Shown: piece by piece, positions 63,260 to 64,000 of the stretch
Position numbering within the stretch: the stretch's first letter is position 1
Layout: each line of letters starts with the position of its first letter
DNA from: Scenedesmus sp. PABB004
Lineage: Eukaryota
Direction of reading: 5' to 3'
Length of the DNA: 64,000 bases
NCBI GenBank assembly: GCA_014905635.1
Contig: JABVCE010000004.1
Location: 992,001 to 1,056,000, forward strand
Made by a program: the position numbers and the translations under genes
Notes under the pieces: model-generated
The model's database searches: none
What the model saw: the letters and a program-made list of their open reading frames with translations, nothing else
Told to the model about the DNA's origin: nothing

Positions 63260-63960
63260 TCAGAAGGCGCCCAGGTGGCCCGCCACCTCGTGCACCACGC
63301 GCTGACGCACGAGGCGTGCAAAGGGCCGGCTCACCACGCCGCCGACCGCGAGCAGGCGCCCCAGCAGCGCGTCGCGCGCGCCGCCACCGCCGCCGCTCCC
63401 GCCGACCGCGCCGTGCACGACCGGCGCGCTGCCCGACGGCGCGTGCGGGCCCCCCTCCTCTGCCGCCCCAGCCACGCTGGCCACCGCGTCCGCGGCGGCG
63501 CCGAGGCCCCTGGCCACGCCGCGCTCCACCTCTGCCGCGACGCGCCCGAGCGACCCGCGGCGCGCCCCCGCGCTGCTGCGCCCGCCGCCGCCGCGCCGCC
63601 AGGGGGCCAGTAGCTGCGCGAGCGCCACGGCAACGCCCCAGCCCGCCAGCGCGAGCCCCGCGCTGCGCAGCAGGCGCCGATGGCTGCCGGCTGCGCGGGG
63701 GCGGGGCTGCGGCGCCGCCGGGCGCAGCTGCACCAGGGCCGTGTCGCGGCCAGCGAGCTGCGCATAGCAGTCCAGCAGGCCCTGGCGCAGCGAGACGCCG
63801 CCTAGGTCGTAGGTGGACCCCAGCGCCTGGCTCACCTGCCGGCCGGGGCAGCGGCGGCAGGGCCGGCTCGGCACCGCCGGCCGACGGCGCGCTCCCCCAG
63901 CGCCAGCGCCGGCGCAGGTGGCGCCCAGGTGTGGGAGGCGGCGCCCCGCTCACCTGCATT
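63260..63960 (-). CDS. 3' end of an unidentified gene (continues beyond the window)
   Basis: Terminal exon VSQALGSTYDLGGVSLRQGLLDCY...VAGHLGAF*, preceded by a GT-AG intron. Confidence 0.5.
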
Positions 63961-64000
63961 GCCAGCCGCCAGCGCGCGCCCCGCGCGAGCTCGCAGCGGC

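Overview
Very GC-rich, gene-dense nuclear DNA from a chlorophyte green alga. The evidence is short GC-rich spliceosomal introns with GTGCG/GCGCG donors and (C)CGCAG acceptors, TGTAA poly(A) signals and TTTAGGG-like repeats; Sphaeropleales-like is an inference. About 23 intron-containing genes can be reconstructed by hand. Highlights: (1) An arsenate-detoxification neighbourhood (ArsJ-like MFS, ArsJ-type GAPDH, PGK-like). A ~0.74 kb inverted duplication gives ArsJ and PGK the same promoter and a near-identical 85-aa, 8-Cys N-terminal module, and a third copy of the Cys exon lies downstream of arsJ. (2) A head-to-head pair of cyanobacterial-type genes, a heme-oxygenase-like diiron enzyme and an NPPY methyltransferase, both with transit-peptide-like leaders. 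(3) Two box C/D snoRNAs and telomere-like repeats inside HSP90C introns. (4) Frequent GC-AG introns. (5) A probably inactive sedolisin and rhomboid. (6) A four-copy bZIP-like family with tandem and inverted duplicates. Other genes include an ATX3-5-like SET protein, PP4R2, IES6, SLC35F-like transporter, RBP45-like, heme peroxidase, rubredoxin-like and a 2OG-Fe(II) oxygenase. Gene models were read by eye and family calls rest on motif recognition; no searches were run.
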